DNA of 64,000 bases from Bdellovibrionales bacterium (GTDB lineage Bacteria; Bdellovibrionota; Bdellovibrionia; Bdellovibrionales; UBA1609). Positions 54,108 through 62,640 of the stretch are shown in pieces; within the stretch, counting starts at the first letter, position 1; each line of letters begins with the position of its first letter. Where the stretch lies: the NCBI GenBank assembly GCA_027317865.1, contig DAHVQG010000009.1, positions 32,001 to 96,000 on the forward strand, given 5' to 3'. The notes beneath the pieces are model-generated. The model did no database searches, was not told where the DNA came from, and saw nothing but the letters and a program-made list of their open reading frames with translations. A program made the translations under genes and the position numbers.

Positions 54108-54884
54108 ATGAATAAAGAAAATTTGAGTTGCATCACTATTTTGACCGTTTGGTTGACCGTTGTAGGTTTTTTCGTTTGCGGATCAACGCTATTTGCTCAA
54201 GACGCCACATGGACAGAAATTCAAGGGCCGGACACAACCTTGGCGACTGACGTAGAGGCCGGCTTCCCAAATGGTTGCGGGATCGTATCAATGCTCTATG
54301 CCATGAAGTTTGGCCCGCCTTCATGGCGCGCAGATTACAATTCGATTGCCGGCAAAACTGACCTTGCAAAAATTCAAACTCTCGCCAAGCAATTTGGTAG
54401 TGAACCTTCGAAATACGAACGGGCTGTGTACAATAGAAATATGCCGGCGTTTACAGCGTCAAAAGGCACGAACGTCGGTGATTTACCGTGGATGTTTCAG
54501 TCTTTGGTTCATGGTCCCCTTCCGCTCAATCAGGTTTTTCTAGCAAAACTCGATCCGAACGGTAACACCGGTCGACTTCTCGCTGAAAAATTCCATAGTG
54601 AAGTAGTTGCAAGTCTTAAGCGCGGCGAACCTGTCATTATGACTGCGTTTATCCAGTTTACCGTCCACGAGATTGTAATCATTGGCATTCAAAATGCTGT
54701 TGATCAACAGGGGACTTTCAAAGTGGAGGTTCTTGATCCTGCTACAGGAGAAGAATCAACGGGAACAGTCAGTAGCGGTTTTTCGTTTATTACTGGCCAC
54801 CCCGGAACAGGATTGAATTTCAGCTATGATTCGGTATGGGTTCCATCGGGCCAAATATTTGGCATCACGGTCGAACCGAAATAG
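54108..54884 (+). CDS. Secreted papain-fold (C39-like) peptidase, putative
   Basis: NGCGIVSM...GEPVI...HEIVIIG...VLDP. Confidence 0.65.
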   Translation: MNKENLSCITILTVWLTVVGFFVCGSTLFAQDATWTEIQGPDTTLATDVEAGFPNGCGIVSMLYAMKFGPPSWRADYNSIAGKTDLAKIQTLAKQFGSEPSKYERAVYNRNMPAFTASKGTNVGDLPWMFQSLVHGPLPLNQVFLAKLDPNGNTGRLLAEKFHSEVVASLKRGEPVIMTAFIQFTVHEIVIIGIQNAVDQQGTFKVEVLDPATGEESTGTVSSGFSFITGHPGTGLNFSYDSVWVPSGQIFGITVEPK

Positions 54885-54907
54885 CTTAAAACCGTAGGGG
54901 TTGAGGA

Positions 54908-56065
54908 ATGGGTAGGCGACAATATACTATTACAAATTTAATTTTATTTATCGGTAGCCTATTCGCGCTCTCTTTCACGGTTCAAGCTAAAGCGCAAAAC
55001 ATGAACCAAATCCCGGTTTACATGGATAAAGTCAAAACAAACTCGCCGATGGTTTCAATCACGATATGTGAACCCGGTACGAATCACTGCCAAACAATTA
55101 ATCGGATATCACTCGACACTGGCAGCATTGGTCTTCGGCTGAACGCATCTGTGCTAAAATTGAAATTGCCTTACGTCACGAACCAGCAAGGTGGTCACGT
55201 TGACGAGTGCGTGGATTTCGGGGGCGGAAGTACCTATGCCGGGCCAATTCAGTATGCCGACGTTCGCGTTGGTGGCCTTGTCGCCAAGAAATTAAGAATT
55301 CAGTTTTACAATGACAAAGTCGACCTTGGAGGTCAGGGCGGTTATGGGGGTTGCGAATCAACCGCCACAAGTAATGGTATTTTAGGTATTGGCCCGCTTG
55401 ATAAGTATGAATGTCCATCATCTGTTGGTAGTTGTCCGACTTATTTCTTGTGTAAAGAGGGATCTCTGGAGTGCTCGCCGCTTTCACAATTGCCCCCGCA
55501 TGTCGCGCTAGATAATCCGATTTATAACCTTGAATCGAATAACAACGGATTTATGTTGAGTTTTCCCAAGCTGAATCAGCCCATCAATGGACCGATTACC
55601 GGTAAATTAACATTTGGTGTTGGGTTTCAACAGGACAACTCGATTCCAAAGAAAGATCAAATTTTCGGCTTGAATAAGGGCGGCTTTTTACCCGTCGTAT
55701 TTCCCAACCAATTACATTCAACGTTGTTGTTTGATACGGGTGTAATGGACTATTTCTTCCCCGCCAATCCGGGCAATGTTACACCTTGTGACAATAATTC
55801 GCCGCTTTTGTATCTGTTGTGTCCAACTAAACCAGTGAACGTTTCACTGCAAATCGGCGCCACCTCGCCATACCGTTCTATAAGTATGGTCCTCGGTAAC
55901 CCGCATCCAAGGTTAACTCTCAATCCTTATTTAGCTGTTGTGGTCAGGAGATATAACGCCACTCTTCTCGGCATGCCTTATTTCTACGGTCACCAAATTT
56001 ACTTTGGCTTGCCTGACGTGAGCGGCAAAAAATATCCCAACGGATTTGTCGCCATCCATATGTGA
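54908..56065 (+). CDS. DUF3443-family pepsin-like protein, secreted
   Basis: VSITICEPGT..CQTI...LDTGS.GLR, NGILGIG, second FDTG, LGMPYFYG. Confidence 0.82.
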   Translation: MGRRQYTITNLILFIGSLFALSFTVQAKAQNMNQIPVYMDKVKTNSPMVSITICEPGTNHCQTINRISLDTGSIGLRLNASVLKLKLPYVTNQQGGHVDECVDFGGGSTYAGPIQYADVRVGGLVAKKLRIQFYNDKVDLGGQGGYGGCESTATSNGILGIGPLDKYECPSSVGSCPTYFLCKEGSLECSPLSQLPPHVALDNPIYNLESNNNGFMLSFPKLNQPINGPITGKLTFGVGFQQDNSIPKKDQIFGLNKGGFLPVVFPNQLHSTLLFDTGVMDYFFPANPGNVTPCDNNSPLLYLLCPTKPVNVSLQIGATSPYRSISMVLGNPHPRLTLNPYLAVVVRRYNATLLGMPYFYGHQIYFGLPDVSGKKYPNGFVAIHM

Positions 56066-56086
56066 CATTGGATACCAACGCGAGTC

Positions 56087-57082
56087 TTACAAGCTCTGCA
56101 AATAGTTGGCGACGTCTTTCACTTGCGATCCGGTTAGGTTTTTACTGAACGTCGGCATAACCGTTGCTTCAGCTCTTTGACCGTTGTCAAATGCGGCAAA
56201 CTGATTCGCGATGTAACCCGCATTTTGGCCCGCTAGTCGTGGAGCGAATGAGTTGCCCATTGCATTATTGCCGTGGCACGATTCGCACGCCGGTACACCC
56301 GCGCTAGGCAAACCATTTTGAAATATAGATTTGCCACGCTTTATACTTGCGGCGTCGGTCGGTGTAACATTTGCTATAGCCGGTTGCTGACTGAAATATT
56401 GAGCGAGCAACTGAATTTGTTGATCGCTGAGCGGTTTGGCGATGCTCCACATAAAGGTTTGTGCATTAGGGTCTGAACGTTGGTGATCGCGAAAAGCACC
56501 CAGCTCCTTAATCAAATAGCTTTTATGTTGGCCGGCAAGACGCGGAAAAATCGGCGAAGTAGGATTGCCGTTATTGCTGTGACAACTGAAACATTCGGTA
56601 TTCAACAAAGTGCCGATCGAACTATATTCTGGCGGCAACGGCTTTTGCCCTGGCGCAGGAGCAGGCGTTGGAGTCGGAGTTGGCGTTGGCGAAGGATTTG
56701 GCATTGGTGACGGCGCCGCTGACGGGTTACCTTCCGGTGCGCCGTTTTGAATCCAATCTCCGATTAATGCGCGTTCAGCGGGTGTTATCGCGATCGACTC
56801 CGGGCTCCCTTGAAGCGGCATAGTATGATTCACAACGACCTTTCGATAAATTAACGCTCGCAATGAAAAGGCGGTCTGGTAGTCTTGCCAATTCGGTATA
56901 GCCGCGCCCGGATGGTGACAGGCTCCGCAGCGACGAATGAATATGCTTTTAATATTCCCGTAATATGTCAGGTGCGCGGCAGACATACCACCGGCTCCTT
57001 TAGCAAGAACCAAATGTGGACCTTTGCCACAACCAACGAAAAATAGTGACAATAGCAGCACGAAACCTTCTATTTTTTTCAT
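56087..57082 (-). CDS. Triheme c-type cytochrome lipoprotein (monoheme plus c4-type diheme)
   Basis: Lipobox FVGC; CGACH, CFSCH, CESCH; PRLAGQ twice; Pro/Thr linker. Confidence 0.9.
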   Translation of the reverse strand: MKKIEGFVLLLSLFFVGCGKGPHLVLAKGAGGMSAAHLTYYGNIKSIFIRRCGACHHPGAAIPNWQDYQTAFSLRALIYRKVVVNHTMPLQGSPESIAITPAERALIGDWIQNGAPEGNPSAAPSPMPNPSPTPTPTPTPAPAPGQKPLPPEYSSIGTLLNTECFSCHSNNGNPTSPIFPRLAGQHKSYLIKELGAFRDHQRSDPNAQTFMWSIAKPLSDQQIQLLAQYFSQQPAIANVTPTDAASIKRGKSIFQNGLPSAGVPACESCHGNNAMGNSFAPRLAGQNAGYIANQFAAFDNGQRAEATVMPTFSKNLTGSQVKDVANYLQSL

Positions 57083-57125
57083 ATCACCCTCGACCCGGTA
57101 AAACGCGTTTTTAAGCCTCGATCTA

Positions 57126-57140
57126 GCAATGGGTATGCCA
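57126..57140 (-). promoter_or_regulatory. Sigma54 promoter
   Basis: TGGCAT-ACCCA-TTGC upstream of the cytochrome gene. Confidence 0.7.
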
Positions 57141-57289
57141 GGAGTTACCGTGCCTCATCGCGTACTAAAACGGCTCGCGGATCGATGTCCTCAGAAGATT
57201 GGGACAATTTGCCGGGCACCCAAGCCAATACGTCATTCCATTAACCTTACCGCAATCCGCATGGGTCAAAATCGGCGGGGGTTCGAGGG

Positions 57290-58054
57290 GTGTCGCGTTT
57301 TATCTACGTATTTTCACTATTCAGTCTTTTCTTACTCGGTTGCGGGCGCAAATTTAATTCAGGTGTTCAAAGCCCAACAGCGAGTCAAAGCCAAGCGCCG
57401 GCTTTCCCAACTTATCCGGCACGCCCGTCGAGTGCACCAAATATTACGGTGTGTCCGCAAAACGGCGTCACAAGCGGCGTCGATGTATCGGAATATGATC
57501 CTGGCACACAGTGGACCGTATTTCGTAATAGCGGTTCGCGTTTTGCTTTTATTAAAGCCACTGAAGGTACAGATATAAAAAATCAGATTTTTAATTCTGA
57601 ATGGACGGCGGCACTCAGCGCAGGCGTAATTCGCGGCGCCTATCATTTTTTTCACCCTGGCGAGGACCCTGTCGCGCAAGCGCAGTTTTTCCTAGCGACT
57701 GTCGGCACTTTAACAGCGTCAGATCTGCCACCCGTTCTTGATTGGGAAGTCACGGATGGGGTAAGTACCGCTGAGCAAATAAAAAACGCGCTGACTTGGT
57801 TACAGCTCGTACAGGCGCAAACGGGCCGTACGCCGGCTGTATATGTGAATCCGTCATTTTGGAATCAGCTCGGTAATCCACAACAATTTGCGAAGTATCC
57901 GCTCTACATCGCCAACTATAACACCACATGCCCGACAGTTCCGCCGCCGTGGAGCACGTGGACGTTTTGGCAAAGCGGAATCGGCGCGGTACCTGGGTTG
58001 CAATCGCCTTATGCCGATATTGACGTATTTAACGGACCCGCAAGCGCACTTTAA
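57290..58054 (+). CDS. GH25 lysozyme/muramidase lipoprotein
   Basis: Lipobox LLGC; GVDVS, FIKATEG, GAYHFF, PPVLDWE, WTFWQ, DIDVFNG. Confidence 0.93.
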   Translation: MSRFIYVFSLFSLFLLGCGRKFNSGVQSPTASQSQAPAFPTYPARPSSAPNITVCPQNGVTSGVDVSEYDPGTQWTVFRNSGSRFAFIKATEGTDIKNQIFNSEWTAALSAGVIRGAYHFFHPGEDPVAQAQFFLATVGTLTASDLPPVLDWEVTDGVSTAEQIKNALTWLQLVQAQTGRTPAVYVNPSFWNQLGNPQQFAKYPLYIANYNTTCPTVPPPWSTWTFWQSGIGAVPGLQSPYADIDVFNGPASAL

Positions 58055-58078
58055 AGCACTCGGTGACCAATTCAAAGT

Positions 58079-58927
58079 TTAAATTCGCTCCGGATTGGAC
58101 CAATGAAAAAGTAAAACCAATAGGGTTGCCACGTAGGGGATGGCCTGAAAAAACTGAATTGGAAACGGGCTATTAAACCCTTGCAGAAAAATTTGGGCCG
58201 CATCGAAAAAGCCGAATAGAACGGCAATAAGGAGCGTCTCCGTCCAGCGCCAACGGGCAAAAATAAGCGCCGCAAGCGCGATGAATCCACGACCGGCACT
58301 CATCATTGGCGAATAATTCGATGCCAAATACGTACTTAAAAAACATCCGCCGCTTGCAGCAATCGCGCCGCAAAGCGCGAGACAGACGAGCCGAACTCGC
58401 GAAAGTGAATAACCTGAAGATGCGATCGCCGCCGGTTTTTCACCCGCAAATCGAACAAGCACGCCAAAACCGGTTTTGTTGAACACGAATAGGCCGCCAA
58501 AAAAAATAATTCCCAACCATAAAAACGGAAATATATGCCACTGTAACTGAGGCGGTAAAAACGGCGTCGGCCCGGTTGACCCGAATAAAAGCTTAGTCAC
58601 ATAGGGCGCCACGCCGGCGACGAGAAGATTAAAAACGAGCCCCACAAGAATCGCGTTCAGCTCGAGAGTTTCAGAAAGCAAGAAAAAAAACATGCCCGAA
58701 AAAGCTCCGACGACTAGTGTTAAAATAAATGCAGGAGCTAACGCGTGGAATAAGTCGGCAAATGTCGCGCCGGTTAAAGCACCCAACAATAAAAAACCTT
58801 CAAGACCAACCTGTGGAACACCGCTTTTTTCGCTCCAAAAACCCGCCAATGCCGCAAGCGCAAGCGGCAACGAAATTCTCGCGACACTCATAATAAAATC
58901 GACAAGCAAATGCGAATTGCCGAACAT
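58079..58927 (-). CDS. Nucleoside/simple sugar ABC transporter permease
   Basis: SEKSG...GLEG, GE.P.A, GRGFIALAA, IPY. Confidence 0.92.
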   Translation of the reverse strand: MFGNSHLLVDFIMSVARISLPLALAALAGFWSEKSGVPQVGLEGFLLLGALTGATFADLFHALAPAFILTLVVGAFSGMFFFLLSETLELNAILVGLVFNLLVAGVAPYVTKLLFGSTGPTPFLPPQLQWHIFPFLWLGIIFFGGLFVFNKTGFGVLVRFAGEKPAAIASSGYSLSRVRLVCLALCGAIAASGGCFLSTYLASNYSPMMSAGRGFIALAALIFARWRWTETLLIAVLFGFFDAAQIFLQGFNSPFPIQFFQAIPYVATLLVLLFHWSNPERI

Positions 58928-59964
58928 TACTGACCCCTCGCGTTTGCCGCAGCTCGAATTTTTTCTCGCTGCTTCTGTAAAACTAAAAACGTCAGAATCA
59001 AAACCGCTTGAATAATTTTAACGAAATCGCGGGTAATAAAATTTGTTTCAATATCAAGGCCTGGCGCACCATTGAGCAAAATGGCAAAAAACAAAGAATT
59101 CGGAATCACGGCAAGTGGATTGTTGCGTGCCATGAGTGCAACGGCGATAGCAAGAAAACCGTAATCGGCAGAAAATCCTATTTGATATTTGTGGGCGTAG
59201 CCCAAAATTTGATTCCACGCTCCAAACCCGGCCAAAAGCGCCGAGAGCCCGAGAACAAGAAAATATATTTTGTTAATTGAAATTCCGGAATTTCGCGCAA
59301 CGCCGACGCTTTTACCGACGGTCCGAATTTCAAAACCGGGACGCGTCTTCATCATGAAATACCATGTGCCGATGCAAACCAATACCGCGATAAAAAATGT
59401 CGTATTGGCAGGGGAGCTGCCAGAGTGGAAAATCGGGCCAAACAACCAATATTTTGCTGCTATTTTCGCTGTCTCAGGATTTTGCGAAACTTGGCTTTGA
59501 AAATGGTGCGAGATCATGTAGTCGGCAAACGCCGCGACAATGAAATTGAGCATCATGCTCGTAATCACTTCGTGGGCATTTTTTCGGCATTTGAAATAGC
59601 CGACGATAAGACCCAACAAAAGACTCGAACCAAGGCCGACGAAAAGCACAATCACAACACTGAAAAAAGACGGCGGCAGCATCAATGCAACGATTGTAGT
59701 CATCAGACACGCAAGCGACAATTGCCCTTCTGCGCCGATCGGGAATAACCCGGCTTCAAACGCCAAACAAAGACCCGCGGCGCAAAACATCAAGTGAGTC
59801 GCGTAAAATAAAGTCACCGAAAGGTCGTAACGATCGCCGAGTGATGTATTCAGTAAAATCTCAATAACACGTAAAGGCGTTTCGTGCCCCACAAGACATA
59901 GTATGGCGATCACGCCAAGGCCGACCGCAATTGATAAACCATATCGTATGATTGCGGATTTCAT
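58927..59964 (-). CDS. Nucleoside/simple sugar ABC transporter permease
   Basis: GLFPIGAEGQ, HEVITSMMLN, GFEIR.VG, GF..IAVAL.ARNNP. Confidence 0.92.
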   Translation of the reverse strand: MKSAIIRYGLSIAVGLGVIAILCLVGHETPLRVIEILLNTSLGDRYDLSVTLFYATHLMFCAAGLCLAFEAGLFPIGAEGQLSLACLMTTIVALMLPPSFFSVVIVLFVGLGSSLLLGLIVGYFKCRKNAHEVITSMMLNFIVAAFADYMISHHFQSQVSQNPETAKIAAKYWLFGPIFHSGSSPANTTFFIAVLVCIGTWYFMMKTRPGFEIRTVGKSVGVARNSGISINKIYFLVLGLSALLAGFGAWNQILGYAHKYQIGFSADYGFLAIAVALMARNNPLAVIPNSLFFAILLNGAPGLDIETNFITRDFVKIIQAVLILTFLVLQKQREKIRAAANARGQ

Positions 59965-61568
59965 GTCGAACCTTTCATGCCATTCGTGGTTTGCAGCGCG
60001 CGACCGGCCATTTCTTCGCCGATCACTTCGCGTCGAAATGGACGGCAAAATTCACGCGTCATTTGGCCCTTAAAAAAGATGAAAATCCGGTCGGCAAGAT
60101 CGCACACTTCGTCCAGATCGGACGAAAGAAAAATCACGCTTTTGTGATCTGCACACAATTCACGAAATATTTCGTGAATGCGCTTAGCTGCGGCAAAATC
60201 CACTCCGCGAGTAGGATGAGCGGCAATAAGCAGTTTGGGGGCGTGACTTGTCTCGCGTGCAACCACCCATTTCTGTTGATTGCCACCGGAATAGCCGGAG
60301 ATGCTAAGATTAAGACGTGGCGGCCGGATGTCGAACCTTTTTTGCGCAAGCTTAAGCATATCAGTAGATACGGGCGTCAGACTAAATTTCGGCCGATGAT
60401 GCGGTAACAATCGAAAATGTTCCGACAAATTATAGTCGGCGATTGCGGACTGGTTAAGCCGGTCTTCGCCGATCCATCCGATGGACATTTGGCGTATATC
60501 GACGTGATTTACGTTGGCTCGGCCGTCATCCACAATCGCTCGCCCCAGCAGATCAAGCCGGCCACGAGATACAAATGAATCTCTTTTTTGATTGCTTTTG
60601 CGGCACAATTCCGGAAATAAAATGCCATTTAAAAGTTCCGTTTGGCCGTTACCTTCGACACCGGCAAAAGCCACGATTTCACCCTCATTCACGGTTAAAT
60701 TAATATCTCGAAGCGGCATTCGCAAGGCCGGGTGTACAAGCGAAAAATTGTGAACATGAAGAACGGGCTTTGCTTTCTTAACTGCAGTTTTAGATAGGCC
60801 TTCCGACTGATCTGTAATTGTGTCTTTGATATTCAAAAGGTTTGCGTCACCAACCATATAGCGGGCAAGCTCGTTGGCCGTTTGCTCCCGAACTGGTCCG
60901 TGAAATTTGATTTCTCCATGCCGTAAAACAGTGACCTCATCAGCGTAACTCATAACTTCTTGGAGCTTATGCGTAACAATCACAACACTGGTCGGTTTGT
61001 TTTTTAATTTCTCGACGAGGTTGTAAAACTCGCGAACTTCACTTGGCGGCAGAACAGCAGTCGGCTCGTCAAAAAATAAAATTTGCGGGTCAAAAAGTAG
61101 CGTTTTTAAAATTTCTAATTTCTGCTTTTGAATAACAGATAAGCCTCGCACCAATGTGTTGAGCGGAATCTTCAATTGCAAAAGATTTTGAAGCTCCCGA
61201 ATTTTTTCGGAATATTGACTATAGGGGCCAACCCACCAATTTTTTTTGCGTGAGTTAATTTCAAGTTGAATATGGTCTTTTACAGTAAGGTTTTCGGCCA
61301 GCATAAAATGTTGGTGAACCATAGCGATCTGAAGCGATTTCGCGATTTGTGGAGATTTGATTTGAATAAGCTCTCCACGATATAAAATTTCGCCAGAGTG
61401 GGGCTTTTCTAACCCAAATAGCATTTTCATGAGCGTCGACTTGCCGGCTCCGTTTTCGCCAATTACGGCGTGAACTCGCCCCAGGTAAAAATCAATATTC
61501 ACGTCCCGATTGGCGTATTCGACCCCATAAATCTTGCTTAAATTACGTGTCGATAAAATCGGTGTCAT
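59961..61568 (-). CDS. ABC transporter ATP-binding protein (double-domain, CUT2 type)
   Basis: GENGAGKST, MVHQHF, DEPTAVL, SGGNQQK, PTRGVD. Confidence 0.95.
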   Translation of the reverse strand: MTPILSTRNLSKIYGVEYANRDVNIDFYLGRVHAVIGENGAGKSTLMKMLFGLEKPHSGEILYRGELIQIKSPQIAKSLQIAMVHQHFMLAENLTVKDHIQLEINSRKKNWWVGPYSQYSEKIRELQNLLQLKIPLNTLVRGLSVIQKQKLEILKTLLFDPQILFFDEPTAVLPPSEVREFYNLVEKLKNKPTSVVIVTHKLQEVMSYADEVTVLRHGEIKFHGPVREQTANELARYMVGDANLLNIKDTITDQSEGLSKTAVKKAKPVLHVHNFSLVHPALRMPLRDINLTVNEGEIVAFAGVEGNGQTELLNGILFPELCRKSNQKRDSFVSRGRLDLLGRAIVDDGRANVNHVDIRQMSIGWIGEDRLNQSAIADYNLSEHFRLLPHHRPKFSLTPVSTDMLKLAQKRFDIRPPRLNLSISGYSGGNQQKWVVARETSHAPKLLIAAHPTRGVDFAAAKRIHEIFRELCADHKSVIFLSSDLDEVCDLADRIFIFFKGQMTREFCRPFRREVIGEEMAGRALQTTNGMKGST

Positions 61569-62608
61569 CTATGGCTCATTTTGTAATAGTCTGGAACAAC
61601 GATTTTGCCAGAGATGATTTCGCGTTTGAGACGATTCAAGTAGGCGATGGACTTTTGATCGATCAAATTTTTGTTGTATTGATCGAGCGCAAAATCGATA
61701 CCTCCGTTTTTGAGCCCCCAATGTTCAATTCCGCCCTTAAATTTTCCGTTCTTTTGCTGTTTGATCGCAGCATATACCGCCGTATCGACGTGTTTCACAA
61801 GACTTGTCAAAATATATCCCGGCTTCATCCAATCTTGGTCTGAATCACAGCCGATCGCCAAACGGTGCGCTTCAACAGCGGCATCAAAAACACCTGTACT
61901 CGATTCGCCGGCCGCTACAAAAATAATATCTGCACCTTTACTGTAAAGAGACAGGGCGATTTCTTTTGCCCGTGAAGGGTTCGTCCATGCATCGGAAGTC
62001 ATGCCGATATATTCGGAAAGCACTTTGGTTTTTTTCGAATACTTGTGCGCCCCGGCGACGTAACCCATTTGAAACCGGCGAATAAGTGGAATATCCATGC
62101 CACCGATAAACCCAATAATATGTGTTTTCGACATTCGCGAAGCGAGGGCCCCAACCAAGTATGAGCCTTCTTGTTCTTCAAATAAAATCGATTTAACGTT
62201 GGGGAGGTTCACTTCGCCGTCGACGATGGCGAAGTGTTGCTTCGGAAATTCTTTTGCCACGTGTTCGAGACCGCCGGCCTGGCCAAAGCCGATGGCGATG
62301 ATCAAACCGAAGTGCCTTTGCGCTAGCGCCCGCTGCATTGATTCGTATGCCAAAATATTTGGCGCTTCGACATATTTTAAATAAATGCCAAGATCATGCT
62401 TGGCCTTGATGGCGCCACGATATGCGGACTCATTAAACGAATTGTCGTTTTTGCCGCCACGATCGAGAATCAGCGCAATGCGTACCCTTTTTTTACCTGA
62501 TTTTGAAATGCGGTTGTGCGGTTTGGTTTTAAAACAACCGGCTGTTGTCAAAATAGTAGTTAAACCAACCGCGACACAAAAAAATCGAAATGACACGCCC
62601 GCCCTCAT
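61565..62608 (-). CDS. BMP-family ABC substrate-binding lipoprotein
   Basis: Lipobox TAGC; GG..D.SFN, F.EQEGSYLVG, GFIGGMD, IG.DSDQ. Confidence 0.93.
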   Translation of the reverse strand: MRAGVSFRFFCVAVGLTTILTTAGCFKTKPHNRISKSGKKRVRIALILDRGGKNDNSFNESAYRGAIKAKHDLGIYLKYVEAPNILAYESMQRALAQRHFGLIIAIGFGQAGGLEHVAKEFPKQHFAIVDGEVNLPNVKSILFEEQEGSYLVGALASRMSKTHIIGFIGGMDIPLIRRFQMGYVAGAHKYSKKTKVLSEYIGMTSDAWTNPSRAKEIALSLYSKGADIIFVAAGESSTGVFDAAVEAHRLAIGCDSDQDWMKPGYILTSLVKHVDTAVYAAIKQQKNGKFKGGIEHWGLKNGGIDFALDQYNKNLIDQKSIAYLNRLKREIISGKIVVPDYYKMSHR

Positions 62609-62640
62609 GTGCGCAGTCTACTCGCAAAGAGCTGCGAGAT

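Noticed and set aside
56640-56725. Tandem Pro-Thr codon repeats
   Set aside because: Protein linker with degenerate codons, not a DNA repeat element
57129-57578. 149-aa ORF and the many other short ORFs overlapping real genes
   Set aside because: Shadow frames overlapping well-supported genes, with no motifs or SD
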